The translations under genes and the position numbers were made by a program. 64,000 bases of DNA from Raillietiella orientalis (taxonomy: Eukaryota): assembly GCA_036172245.1 (NCBI GenBank), contig JAYWIR010000002.1, forward strand, positions 4,092,001 through 4,156,000. Direction: 5' to 3'. A model generated the notes under the pieces. That model had not been told where the DNA came from, did no database searches, and was given only the letters and a program-made list of their open reading frames with translations. This document shows positions 1 through 12,766 of this stretch, one piece after another (the first letter of the stretch is position 1; every line of letters starts with the position of its first letter).

Positions 1-1520
1 CAGGATCAGTGAGCTGCTGACCTCTTGCCGACTCTGCCGATGCTCACCCTGTCCAGTTTATTAGTTCGCGTAGCCGAATGGCGCCCCCGGAGAAGACATC
101 TTCTGGTCACGGGGAAAGGTCAGGCAGCAAGAAGCAGAGAAGCGTTCCACGGACCCTTGCCTCTAGGCGTTCCTCTCCTGCTGCACCTCCCCGAGCGAGC
201 ACGAGTGCCCACTGATCTTATCAGGCTGATCGTCCCTTCCCCCCTCACTCTCGCCGAATCCCAGCAGCCTTCCCTTCGCTCCCTTCTTCGAGAGCTTCTT
301 GGAAGACCACTGGCTTGCCGGGCTTTTTCAGAGGGGCATTCTCTCAGCGCTTCTCGTTGGGCACCCTGTCGTCTTGGAGTTCCTCCTTCGCTTCCGAAAG
401 ACATCTATCTCCCCCCCCCCTCTTCTCTTCTCGGCTGCCGCGACCGCCGATCATTGCCCTTCTTCGGCTCCATTCCGTTGCCGCTGCCCGCCCTTCTGAG
501 CGACTTTGCCCCTTTCTTGGCGAGTCAGCCAAGGCGTGCGAGTCATTCCCCCTGTCAACCAGGGGATCTCCCACTTAACCTTCCCACTCCTCTTTTCCCT
601 CGATCCGCCCGCTAGAGATGGTCGTCGTCTCGCCGTGAACACTTTCTCGTCCCGCAGCTACCTTTCTACATTGCTGACCTTCCGCGTGCTCCCACTCATC
701 CCTGGATTCACCCATTTTCAACTTTCTTCTCCGCTGCCTCCTCTTTCGTCTTCCGCCCACCTACCGGGTGGAACACTACTGCCTCTTGGCGGACGCCCAG
801 CCGGGGTGCCGCATTCTGTTTCACTCCCCCCCTCCCACTCCACATTGGTGGATGCAAAATGCGTCACACGCTCTTGAGTGACCACCCCGAGGTGCTTGTC
901 GTCTCTCTACTGGATTGAAGCGGTGGCCTGTATCAGAGATGGAGGTCCGCTCACTCTGCAGGTTTTCTCAGCCTCCCACCACCGGAGCTTCCGCCCGCAT
1001 GCAGCGCTTCATCTCCATCTTCCGTATGCCTGCAGGGGCGCAGTCTCCATCCCAACACCACGTTTCACTTCACTTGTGAAAGAAATGTCGCTTGTGGGCA
1101 CGTCGCTCCATGTTCTACCGTGCAGCAGGCGAAAGGAGGTTCTTCCTCTCTCTTGCGGTTTTCGGAAGCCCTCAGTCAGTAATACAGTGCTCCACCACAC
1201 GGTCGAGCCATCTCGTGCAGTGGTACCCCTACTGCCGAAGCACTCTTAACGCCCTCGCACCCAAGGCAGGGAGGACGTAGTCACCAGGCAGAATCGAAGC
1301 TGCGTGGCTCGGACGACGAACTGGAAGATGCAGCATCCCAGGAGCCGAAAAGTCTTTCCCATCCTGTCTACTCGAGTGGGCACTGAGAACATGAAGCCTC
1401 CATCACGCTGCTCTATTCCCAAGAAAAATGTCCGAGCAGCGTTTCGCATCAGCCTCCAAGGGTCTTTCGCCATGCTTCCGGTTGCCGTGGTTTTGCTGCT
1501 GCGGGGCACGCCGTAAGGAA
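1..1520 (-). mobile_element. Decayed L1/Tx1-like LINE, 5' part (ORF1 and AP endonuclease)
   Basis: Minus-strand remnants PRGKGPWNASLL (cf. RGxGxWKLNxSLL at the end of the endonuclease) and VHGETTT...EEWEG (cf. LQETH...EWxG), with a decayed zinc knuckle near 830-880. Many stops and frameshifts. Confidence 0.45.
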
Positions 1521-2989
1521 CGATGTGGTTGTGCTGGGGGAGTCCGTAGCAGACGCTGATCCCGTTGCAAAATCTTCCTGCGAGGGCTGCTTTTCCCTAA
1601 GGGCTTCCGGGAGGCGAGGTGCACGCAGCAGCCTGGAATACCAGGCGCGGCATCCCTCTCGTGTCGGGCGAAGGTGAGGAAGGTCGGTGGCAGAGGTGCC
1701 TTCTGTTGCTCCGCCGAGGGATTTGCGCCAAAGGTCCGTCTCCCATGGCAACGCCAGGCGCTGCGAAGGGCAGGTGCTGGGCGGGGCGCCGTCTCGAACT
1801 CCCACCTGCCTGCTTCTTACTCCTCCTTTGCTTCTTCTTTTGTGTGCGTGTCTTTCCTTTTTTTTTTTCTTCCTTCCTTTCTTTTTTTTTCTTTCGTGTT
1901 TTTCCGATTACAGCTGGTTTCTCTTAGTCTCTGTCCTCTTCCCTCTTTCCCGAAGGAACTTCCGGGAGTGTCCCTGGAGAACGCGTTGTCGGACCGTCGG
2001 GGATGGTCAGCTTGAAACAGTGCCACCACGCCCGCGAAAGGTGTCCAGCTGGTCACCGGCACAGGCAAACCCGGGAGCTGTCGATCGACCCTGCGAAGGC
2101 AGCGCCATCTGACGGCGAAGTGTGGAACCCCCGCCACTGCGACCTCCTCCTCTGGCGACCTGCCCCGTGGAGCTCCCTTAAGAGGTGAGCCCTGGTCCCT
2201 CGAAGCACCAGGGGCAGCATCTTCAACTCTGAAGACTCCAGGAAGGACTCGAGTTCTTCGAGTTCTTCCCGTACGGCGGTCGGGGGCATCCGTACGGTAT
2301 GTTCCCGAGCTCGCAGTGTCGGGCAGCAGGCAGGGAACCCCGTCGAGCTCCTGAGGCCCCGAGAGCCAAAGATGACAAGAATCGGACTAGATCTCCCCCT
2401 CCCGAAGGAAAGTGGAGAGGGAGGAAGAGGAAAAGTAGAGGAGGAGGAGGAGGAGGGGAAGAGGAAGGAGGGGGTGAACTGTCTTCTCCCGAGAGAGGAA
2501 GAGGGACCCGTCGGTCGGAGGACATGCGCGCACGTTCTAGGAAGGGTGTCGTTCTCTTCCTTTTTTTTCCGGCCCTTATCGCGGAGGCGCTCTTCGTCGC
2601 AGACGCCGCGCTCCGCCCCTGCACTTTTGGAGCGTGAAGAGACGAAGGGGTTGCATTTCCTCCCCTCCCATGGATCCGCCACCCCATTCCTTCCGCCTAC
2701 GTCAGCTTCCACTCCCTTTTGTCTTTTTTGAGGGCTCCCTGATGGGAGCTCGGACGGCGGAGGAGCGGTGTCGAAACCGCAGAGGGCTGCTGGAGGGGCT
2801 CGTTGCACTAGGACAAATTGAAACAAGAAGGAGGCGGAGGAGGATAAAAAGGGGGTGGAGGACATGACACGTCCTCACTCCTTCCCTCCCTGCCGCCTTC
2901 GCGCGCGCTCCACAGGAGGGTGATCCGCCGTGCCTTTGCCCTTGTCGCTCGGCGGTGGGAAGAGCCGGGGGGAAGGAAGGGAGAAGTGA

Positions 2990-3250
2990 GAGAGCATCGG
3001 GAAGAGTCCCGTCTCCGCTGCAACCTCCGGTCATGTGGGCAAGAGTCCATACCGAAAGGCGAGAAGCCAAGAAAGAGAAGCAAGGCACCCACGGGGTCGA
3101 AGGAGGACGTGTCTCCGAGGTCACGGCTCCCATGACGACCAGCAGCTGAATGTCTTTTGAGTAAATGTGTCCAAAGAAATGCGAGCCGGGAGGATGCGCG
3201 CGAGGCCGCTGCAGGGCTCCTCTTGAGCCCATGCACCTGACCATATGGCG
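2990..3250 (-). mobile_element. Decayed CR1/L2-like LINE reverse transcriptase fragment
   Basis: HIYSKDIQLLVVMGAVTSETRPPSTPWVPCFSFLASRL resembles SYLxxRxQxVxxGxxxSxxxxxxxGVPQGSxLGPxL. Confidence 0.35.
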
Positions 3251-3799
3251 CCGGCTGCACGCGCGCTTTCCCCCCGGAGTCCTGAGGGACGAGCGATCCG
3301 AGAGCCCGCATCTACCCTCCTCGGAGTGTGAGCAAGGAACGCCGCAGAGTCCTCTCGCCTTCTTTCCGTCCCGGGCTGGGAAGCAGGGCGTTCAGGGATC
3401 AGATGGGCGGAGGACAAAGCATTGGCTGCGCTGCTTCCGCTTCGCGCGCGGCTTGGGATGGACCGTCGCTCACCTGCTCACCCAGGACGGAAGGTCCGAG
3501 CCGTCGCCGAGGCAAGGGCTACCCTCTGGTCATCCCATCTCAGGGAAGGTCGCTGACTCCCTCCACCAGGAGCCGACCGCCAGTCAGCTGTCCGTGCGGC
3601 CGGTAGGCCTCGGAGCGCGCCGCCGTTGGTGCCCTACTCCTGTTCCCCGCTCGGTACGGGGATGGGGGACATGGGGGGGTAAGAAAAAGGCGCGCAAGCC
3701 AAGAGAAAGAAAAGCGCTCTCCGCAGTTGTCCAGACTGCTGCGATTCCTCCGTGCTAATTGATGGGACGCGACGTGCTAACCGACCATCCGTTCCCGAG

Positions 3800-4300
3800 A
3801 GGCAACGGGACAACCCAAAGAAAGAATGCGATCCCCCATGAGTCCCAGGAAGAAAAACTGCCCTGAAAGCCATGATGGACTCCTTCAGGACGTTCGTTAA
3901 ATTTGCTCCGAGAATCGGAAGGAGGCCGCGAGAGCTACGTGCTGATTGTGATGGACAGCGTTTCCAAAGAAACGGAACTTTCCGCTAATGTGTTCAGAGT
4001 AACAGGTTCGCTCCATGGCAGCTGCTTCGGTTTTCCTTTTTTCCTGCCTCTCCGAGGCTTCTTTTTTTTTTTTTGTCGTAACTTTGAAACTGAAGCTGAC
4101 CAATGGACCTCTCTGCGGAAGCATCTCCCGGGACGAATTCTTCGGCTGATGAGAGCAACCTGGGAACGGGAGGCGAACTCATTAGCTCGGAGCCGACTAT
4201 TAATATCCCGGCTGTCGCCAGAAAAGGGGACAAACCCCAAGTCGACATCCACCCCTTGTTAGTGACGCGGTCAGACAGCGATTTGTCATCGGATGCCGGG
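3800..4300 (+). mobile_element. Decayed LTR-retrotransposon (Gypsy-like) integrase fragment
   Basis: GGRESYVLIVMDSVSKETEL (cf. GNxYILVxVDxFSK), followed by GGELISSE...KGDKPQVDIHP (cf. GxEFxS...GIxxxxTxxYHP). Confidence 0.35.
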
Positions 4301-6579
4301 CAGCTGCGTCCTGGAGAAGCCCTATCCATTGCCGGGGAATGCAGCTTTCCCGTACGCAGGTGGAGGATCGATCGTTCCTCCAGCAGCATGGCTTGGCTTC
4401 CTCTCCAGAGCTGCAGGAGGGGACCAGAAGCCGCCTCGCCGCGGCTGCTGCTTCCGCCTCCCCCCCCCCTTACTGCGGGATGTCGGATGCCGCCTCTCTC
4501 CCACTCTCCGTGGTCGTTAGCCGTCGCCACCCGTTTTGCCGGTGAGTGGATGGCCGCGCGCCCTCGACCTCTCTCCTCGCCTGAAGGCATCGGTCCTGGA
4601 GGCTTCGGGCCTATCGAACGTCCTCCCGGTCTCGCTCACTGCCGCCGTCCTGCCCCAACCTCCTGCTACTGCCGCGACGTCCATCTGCCTTGCCTCCGAT
4701 TGTGCGGCCACAGCATTCCCCCGACCGACTCCTCTTCCCACTGAATTTCATAGTTGCGCAAACTGACTTATCTCCTTCTCTGGACCCCTTTGGGGAAGCG
4801 CGCTGGTCATGATAAGTGCTCTTCTTCCCTTCCTCCTCCTCCGGCACCTGGAATTTGTTTGAACGGGTGCCTTACTCGGATCCGACCTGCTGCTTAAGAA
4901 GTCCGACCGGCGGAGGAGGGAACAAAGGAGGAGGAGGACGAAGAGCACCTGGCCTGCATGGAAGAAAGTAGAAAACGGGGATAAGGAAGCAAGGTTGCCG
5001 CATCTTCGGTTCCTGCATCCTGGAAGGCAGGGTCATTTCAGGACCCCTGGATCCGAGAACGGAAAGCCGAGAGAAAGGACGAGTCCTCGGGGAGCCCTCG
5101 ACGGACCTCGACGCCGACGTCTCCGCAGAACAGCGAGAAGCGGAGAACGAGCATCGGACCTGTTGCCTAGGAGACAGAAGATCCCCGTTCGGCGGGCTGT
5201 CACCTTGAGCCTTGGAGTCAGAGGAGGGCTTTCGTTTATTTACACAACAAACGTTGGCGAAAAAAAGTAAAAAAAAAAAAAGGAAAGAAAAAAGAAAAAA
5301 AAAACACGCGGGTGTCGAATTCTGGAGAGCGGCATCGTGTTTGTTTTTCTTTTGCGGAAGTGGGAAGGGAAGGAGGAAAGGAGGATGCTGCATTCCGCTC
5401 TTAAGTAGATGGGGGCCCCGATGAAGAGGACAGGCGCCGATACAAAGGGACGGGGAGGGCGGACGCGGCACTCTCAGAGAGAGGAAGGAAAGCCCACAGT
5501 AGAGGTCCCACAGGTCTGGACGGCGAAGTGTAGAGAGGCGCAGGGAAGGGGAGAGGCAGAAGTGCGGGCGTATCCAGGGAGCGCCACGCTGGCCTTGGGG
5601 GATAGCCAGAAGGCTCCCCCAAGGAGTCTTCAGCTGCCTGCCGGTCAGCTATTTCCACAGGGCTCGAGGAAGAGGGAGGCTGCTCCAGAGCCCGAAAAGC
5701 GGAGGGTTAGCAGAGAAACCGGAAGCAGTCGGGCTGCCATCCGTCTGCGAAACGGATGACAGTCCGTTGACCGAAGGGAGGGGGATGCGGATGCCCTCAG
5801 CGGGAAAGCGTGTGAACGTCGAGGAGACGGGAGAGGGAGTAGGTCCGGAGTGTTGCTGTGAGTGCCAGAGCGAGCCGAGAAGCTCTCCCGCCGACCTTTC
5901 GACGCGCGTGGATGGAGCGGCCGGTCTCACCCGCGCGTCCGCGTCCCGGCATCAGGGAACCATCCGAGTTCGCTTCCGACTCTTCTTCACCCACCGCACG
6001 CTTCCCGATGCACGTCTTCACGAGGCCAGCTTCTCTTCGCCTCCAGGAGCAGTGGACCTGCTAGAATGCTGGATTGAGGGGAAGGCGAAGAGAGAGAGAA
6101 ACGGCACCGTGCACGCTGTCCCTCTGCGAACGGCCATGCCGCCGAGCTGCTCTTCCCTCCCTCCCTAGCCACCCGGTAGCCCGATAGACTCCTCTGGCAC
6201 TCGAGTCTTTTTTTTTGACACGGAAGCGCCATTTTCTCAAGGGATCTTGTCGGGAGGTCACGCACGACTCCATCTTTGCTTTCCTCTCCCTCTTTTCCTC
6301 GCCGCGGACCACTCTCTGTGAGCCGAGGAGGTCAGGCATTAGAGGAGCGTGGACATGGTGAAGGGAGAGCGGCAGCAGATCGTGTCAAAGGGGATCAGGA
6401 AGCACAGCAAGCGGAGGAGAGGTGCTGGACGGGCGGCTCTGGAGAAGGAGGGAGGAAAGCCGAGAGACACCGGTTCCCTCTGAATGAGTGGAGGAGAGAC
6501 AGGGCCTGCAAGTCTTCGAACTTGAAGGGCACGCGTCTCCGAGGGAACGTTCGCAGTGCATGGCGGGTGCGTACGCATA

Positions 6580-7900
6580 CGTGAACGTCTGCTTACACAC
6601 GCGAAACGCGTGAGAACAGCATCGCCGTCCCCCACCCCCACTTTTTCGTTTTGGTGCGGCTCGCAGGCGTGAGTTATGGCTGCCATCTGACAAGGACTTT
6701 CAAAAAGCGGGAAAACGATTCCAGAACTTCCCGCTAGATGTCAGAAAGTTTCCGAGATGCGCCGCGTGAGTCCCTTCGACTGTTCGAGAGTGTTCCTGCG
6801 GACTGCTTGAATCGGGAGAAAGAAAGGAGCAGCTTGCAGAGGAGTAGCTCCAGAAGCATGGGCAGCTTCCGGGTGAGAGCGCAATGTGCGCTGAAGCAAG
6901 GTGCAAAACCGGGTGCGATCCCGGGACTTGGTCGAAGGGGAGAGAGGGAGTTGATCCCATAGGCGGAATAATGTTCCTGCATTCTCTTCTACTGCCGTTG
7001 ACTCCTTTGTGCCTCCTCCCGAAATGCGCTCCAAGGAACAAGAACGCGAGAGAGCAGTGGAAAGAGCTGGGAAGCGGCGGAAGGAAGGAGACGATGGAAT
7101 CGCGCTGTGCGGCTGGAGGTCTCAGGGATATGGAACCAATACCGGGACGACCACTAAAAACCCAAGAATTGAGCACCTGCCCTTCAGCGAATGTCATCCG
7201 TGTGTTTGCGTTTCCTTTTTGCACGCCGCACTCTTGGCTTTTTGTCTCCATAATCCATGAGCTGTTCCACCGCCTCCAGAAGATGTGCAGAAGCACGTTG
7301 GAGCAAACCTCGTTCCCTTTACCTAAGAACCACGAGCTCATTGGATCGTTGGATGCAACCCCCCGTATGATGCTGCGCTGATAAACAGAGACATTAGGAT
7401 GAATCCTGAGGAAGCAACTTCACTGGTCAGACAGTGGAGACCTGCATTCCCGTAGATCATTACAGGAGCGGCGATCGCTTCCACTCAGCAGCAGCAGAAG
7501 CGAAGATGGTGATGCCTGGTTGGGGACGCATCCATGCGGAGTTGGATGTGCCTGCCACTGAAAATCGAAAACGAGAATCTCATGAAGCTGACATCCAATA
7601 GTTGCATTTTTCCGGGTGGTCCAGAAACTGTTGGCTTTGTTTCGGGTCGCTCTTTGGGGACGAAAATACTCGATAGCTAGCAAGCAGAGGACGATGGGAT
7701 GTGCTGCAGGTATTTCATCTTCTTCGTGAGGTCTCTTGCTGGGTGTAACCCATGCCTTTACTTTAATTGCCTGAACCACTGTTCTGCGTTCATCTCCGCA
7801 TGCAAAACAGGGCTGCAACCACCCGTGCACTCCGAACCGTTTCCAAATGATCACTCCGCGTCACTCCTGTGCATTCCGAGAGCAGTCCTCGCCAAATGAT
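6580..7900 (-). mobile_element. Lower-GC decayed element, possibly a PIF/Harbinger-like transposase remnant
   Basis: Weak motifs MNAEQWFRQL...DLTKK, ANSFWTT and SGRHIQL in the expected order across shifted frames. The family call is very uncertain. Confidence 0.2.
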
Positions 7901-8095
7901 GCGCTGTTGTCGGGGGCGCTGCTTGGATGATGCTAGCAGATCAGGAGAACGTTCCGCTTCTTTGAAGATTTTGCAGATTCAAGCTTCCGTTGTTAAGCGA
8001 GCAGCAGCAACGCCGGGACCTGATCTCCAGTCCACCGTTGCGTTCTTGTTCGAGAGGGATTTCCAACCCGTCGCTTTTTCTTCTGTTTGGCGAAG

Positions 8096-8143
8096 GCATC
8101 GTTCAGTGGGGGAAGGGGGGGGGGGGAATCCACTGAACGATGC
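8096..8143. repeat. 14-bp perfect hairpin around a G-rich loop
   Basis: GCATCGTTCAGTGG (8096-8109) pairs with CCACTGAACGATGC (8130-8143); the 20-nt loop contains a G12 run. Confidence 0.9.
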
Positions 8144-9599
8144 ACTCTTCAAAGATCACTGCAACCCGGAAGTTGTCCTTATTGTTGAAAGGAGAACGAA
8201 AAAATAGAAGCGTTCTCACAACCCTAAGCGGCCTTTTCCATTGTCTCCATTTTGTTTATAACTCTTTCATTGTTGCAGTTTATTTATAACTTTGCGCGCT
8301 CATGACTTCCGACCCCGTTTCCGGTATTTCAATTGTTGTCATTCGTCAGTCTCCTCCTCCTCCTCCCGGGGCTTTTGGTGCCAGCGCTGCTGACGGCGCA
8401 GTCTCCATTCGTTCTCAGGAAGAGAGCGCTACGAAGGCCGGCCTGCCCTGCCTCGGGCATTCCCGAGGGTCGGTCGGGAGCCGGGAGCATGCGGCCGTCC
8501 CCGCACGCGCTACCCCGACTTGCAGCGTCTCCCGGTCCTCAGCGCACTCCCGGCTCGCGCCGCCGCGTGGAAGGAGCCGCGGGGACGAGAGAGGAAAAAA
8601 GGACGGATGATGCTACTGGCAAAGGAGGAAAGAAAAAAAACGGGAAGAAAAGGAAAAGGGAAAGAAGGGGGAAAAAAAAAGGGAAAAGGAAAGCCGATGT
8701 TTTCATTGGTTCTTTTTTTTATTGTTTATTTCGTCAGACCCAAGCTGGCTCGGGGCTGCGCGAAGGGAAAGCGACTCCCAAACGAGCCCGCGAAGGCCGC
8801 GTTTCGGTGGATCCGATTTCGGGATCCCCCGGAAGGAGAGGGCGCCCGCGTCCCGCTTGCGTTTCTCGTTCTCCTACCGGCTTCTCCTTGCAGAGATCCC
8901 CTTGCTCGTTTCGTTTTCCTTGGCGAGCAGCGGCGCGAGCGGGAGACGGAAACTCTTGTGTGCGCCGGCGCTCTCGCGCGCGGGAGTTTCCCGCTGCTCC
9001 CTTCGGCGCGCGCGAAGCGGTCCCGCTGGAGATTCGCCCACGTTCGCGAACGGGGAAGCACGCGAACCCGCTGTTGCTTCCTTATTCCCTTTGTGCGAAG
9101 GAGGTTTCACTTCCGTCCTCGCAGAGCTCCTCCTCTCCGGCGCCACCCGCAAGACGGGACAGCCCGAAGCGCGCAGAGCGGCGTCGAGCGGCGCGTCCTC
9201 CGCCCCCTCCTTTCACTCTTTGTCACCTCCGTCCGGATCGTCGCAGCGGTCAACCACGGGGCGGATCGGCGGCGAGAGGTCTTCGAGCTCCTGGAAGTCC
9301 CCGCTTTCTTTTCTTTTTCTTCCCCCTTTTTTTTCCTTTTTTTTTACCCATCTCATCAGTGTAGTCCGCCGGATGGTTCCCAAATAGAAATGCTTGCCCT
9401 TAGTTGCTGCTGCTGATCTCGTTGCCACCGTCCGCTAACCGCATGGCCCGTTGAACCGGGTGTGCTGTTAGGCTACTGTTTGCGAGCCACTATCCGGAAG
9501 AGACGACCCTTGACCCCTCTTGCTTCAGTAAACTTTTTCTCCCCCCCCTTCTCTCTTCCGTCTCCTTTCCCGTTGCGGACGACAGCGGTAGGAGGGACT

Positions 9600-9870
9600 T
9601 CGGCTGAAGTAGCCCTCAACTTCCTTTGCTGGCTCTTCGTCCTGTCCCCTGCGAGGAAACTTCCGGTACCCGAGAAGCTGTCCCGTCGGAGACTGCAACA
9701 GATGCCGGGAAGGGGGAACGCGGCGCAAGTCCCCCTGTAGGCCAGTTTCCGGGAATTTCGGAGACCAGCGTGGATCCCTGGGCAGGCGCTCAGCGTGGAG
9801 AAGGGGGTGGCAAGAGGGAGGAGGAGGGAGAAGATCAGGTCCCAGAAGATCGGCAGAGTGCTCCCCTTGC
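9600..9870 (-). mobile_element. Decayed LINE (I/Jockey-like) post-RT fragment
   Basis: PIFWDLIFSLLL...AGLRNSRKLAYRG resembles KFLGLIFDxxL...LNxLRKLAxxxWG. Confidence 0.25.
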
Positions 9871-11039
9871 CTCTCTCGCTGTTCCCTGGACAACCCTCCG
9901 ACTGTCCTTTCGGGAAAGCGAATGAGAGGAAGGAGGGATAGGGACCGACGGAACGAGGCCGGCTCCACGTGCCCACTTCCTCGTCACCTGCTCTGCAGCA
10001 TCCACGTCCTCTCCAGGACGTGGACGGATCTCTTCCGCGAGATACCCACTCGCGCGCGCGCCACCGCCTACCTTCCCGTCTCTCCTTTTCGGCTCCACTC
10101 CATGCAATCAGTGCGCACGCGCTCCCGACACCTCGAAGGGCGCAAGCTGCGCCCGGCACTCTCTCTCGTGCAGTCAGGAGCCTCGGAGCACGTCCTCGAA
10201 CAGGAGCTCGCTGGCATCTCGAAAGCAGGGAGGAGTTCGAGCAGCATCATTTCGAGCGACGAGAGCCCCTCCCCTTTGCCCTGCCTCCTTCGGAGTGGAA
10301 GGGGGTCAGTTCCTCCGGTCCTGGGGATGGCCAGAGCGACTCTCCTTCTGCTGCTGCTGGTCGGGACGCATCGGCTATTGCCTTCTCTCGACGCTTAGTT
10401 CTTGGAGAATGCGCTTTTCTCCTTTCCCTGACACTCTTCCCTCTCCGAAGGGCTCCCAGACGACGTGATGGGGGGAGGGGGGAGGGGAGGGGAGCGACTG
10501 CTGCACCTCCCAACGGAGTTTTGATCGCCCCGCTCCGGAGAGAGGACTTCCTGCCGTGCTGATACACCCTGACCACGCAGGTAGGATCTCGGGTGGCAAG
10601 AAGACGAAAGTTTCCCTGATCTTCACGATGAATCCTCCTTCTCCCTTTCATCCACTTGTTTACGTTTTTTCTCTCTCCCTCTCTTCCCCCTTTTGTTTTC
10701 GTGTTCCTGATTTCCACTCCGGGAAGCGCGCAGTGAGTGTCCTGGCGCGACGCTCCTCCCGAATGTTTGTTTTCCTTTTCCTGCTGGTTCCCTCGTTCGT
10801 TTCGCATTTCGTTTTTTTTCCCCCTCCAGGATCCCGAAACGCTTCCCGCTTGTTTGCTTTCATCTCGCTTCTTCCTGTCGAGAGCCTTCTCTTCTTCCCC
10901 TAGGCTACCAGAAGCTAGCAATCTCCTCCCTCGCAATGCTTGACGGGACTGGCGGGTTGATGGTAGCCGCCGTCACCGCGGGGAGCCCGCGTTCGGATGC
11001 AGAGACAGGAAGGATGAGGCATCCTCCTTGATGGAGGCG

Positions 11040-12680
11040 TGCGAATCAGGGAAGGACGAGAGCTCGGAAAGCAAAAATGTCCAAATTTAAACCGGGAAGC
11101 GCTCGTCGTCGGCGCTCCTGGGATTCCCCAAATCGCTCGCGGCCGGGTCTCCTATCCGATCTGGCGCTTTCCTCTTGCTCCTGGGATCGGAACATTAGAA
11201 ATACGTTCACCAGCAATCACGCAATGGATGTTATTTACGAGGTTCTCGCGCAGCCACTCCCGGCTCGCAGAGAGCGACCGACGCCCGCCGAAACGAAGAC
11301 GGTGCTTCGCTTTCTGGAGGCTCCCCCTATTAACAACACGCAGTTGACAGCTCTCACGAATCCAAAGGAAGCGCACCTCTTCCTTCAGGGAAACCTGCGC
11401 CGCAATGTGCTCCTGGTGAATACGCGCCTGAGGATGCCTTCCCTCGGAAAGCATCAGGGGAAGGACCACAGGCGTTTGCAGTTTCATGGATTGCTCTTGA
11501 GCGAGGATCCTTCGACCCTGGAAAGGAAAACACAGTTCTTCCCTTCCCGCAGGAAGCCTCCTGTCTTTCCCTAGCGGACAATGTCTGAAATGGGAACGAA
11601 ATGTGAGGCTGATTTGCCGGTTGGCCCTTTTTAATGTACTCTTGTCAACTGGAGTCGTCTCAACCCGGCGTTGCGAGGAATGGACGTCGCTTGATCCACG
11701 GACCTAATCATTGTTACTGTCCTTATTTCGCCGTAATTATAATTCGTCAGGAGTTGCTTCCCGCTTGAAAAATGAGAACTTTCATCAGGTGGGAAAACTG
11801 ATATGAGGTCTTGCACCACGATCTCTTTGTGATTACGAATTAATGCTTTGAGACGTTGGCAACAAACAGCATCGATAAGGCAATGCGTACATTGCTGATG
11901 GAATCGCCTTGCCGAGAGAGAGAAAAGGCACTGTTGGAAGCTGCGTTGTCGGAGGAACGGATACATTGTAGAAGGGAAAACATTCCTGAAGGAAAGGAAG
12001 GAGGTCCTGTCAGCCAGAAAGGATCCACCTTCATTCGTGTCCTACGAAACGTCTCTAGGAAGCTGCCCATTTGCAACGAATGCCTAGCGGTTAACAGAAA
12101 GCAGTCGATTCGGATGGCCCAGAGACAGACAAGGAACTGTGGCATCGGCTGTCTCTAAAGATTTCACAAAAGCGAGCGCATCTCTCAAAAGAAACTGCTT
12201 CTCACACTGAACCCTCCCATTCAACAAAAGATCACGCTGTAATGTGAGCTCGGGATTGCACCAGCTCTGAGGTAGACCGCGCGGTCCAGGATGGCGCGCG
12301 AGCATTCTCGGTGCAACAGCTTTTACCGAAAAGAGAGTTTCTTGTTCTCTTTTCCACCCGGATAGGACGGGATCTACGTAAATGCGATTTCGGTACGAGA
12401 AGCAGTTTCTTTTGAGAGATGCGCTCGCTTTTGTGAAATCTTTAGAGACAGCCGATGCCAGAGGCTGTGGAAGACTTCCTATAGTTCGGTCTGTAGAAAG
12501 AGCGCGTAGGAGAGTGTCAGGGTGAGAGGAGACTGACTCATCGTAGGAGGAGAGAAGTCGACCTTTGAGGAGTGAAGTGGGGTAGAGGATTTCAGCATCT
12601 TCCGGCACCTTGGATGGCGATGACGCGGGTTCCAAAAAGGGGTGTGGAATGAGATGGATCCGGTAGACACCCCACCTCAA
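11040..12680. mobile_element. Rearranged DIRS-like (tyrosine recombinase) retrotransposon remnants
   Basis: Plus strand 11040-11570: PLPARRERPTPAETKTVLRFLEAPP (YR-like). Minus strand ~11600-12140: RNase H-like remnants. Minus strand 12204-12680: LIPHPFLEP...EILYPTSLLK...FSVKAVAPRML (YR C-terminal-like). Confidence 0.5.
12140..12460. repeat. Perfect 64-bp inverted repeat (12140-12203 / 12397-12460) with a 193-bp spacer
   Basis: TGGCATCGGCTGTCTCTAAAGATTTCACAAAAGCGAGCGCATCTCTCAAAAGAAACTGCTTCTC and its exact reverse complement, checked base by base. Confidence 0.97.
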
Positions 12681-12766
12681 ACACTCTTTCTCTTTGCTCG
12701 CGCTAGCGCGGTTTGATGCTTTCCCTCCGGGCAGAACCTCCTCCAGCGGCCTGCGCTATCCTTAGT

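Noticed and set aside
8333..9364. 343-aa ORF with a signal-peptide-like start (LSFVSLLLLLPGLL)
   Set aside because: It starts at TTG, the Leu run comes from a (CCT)n tract, and it crosses A/G-rich low-complexity tracts with no domain.
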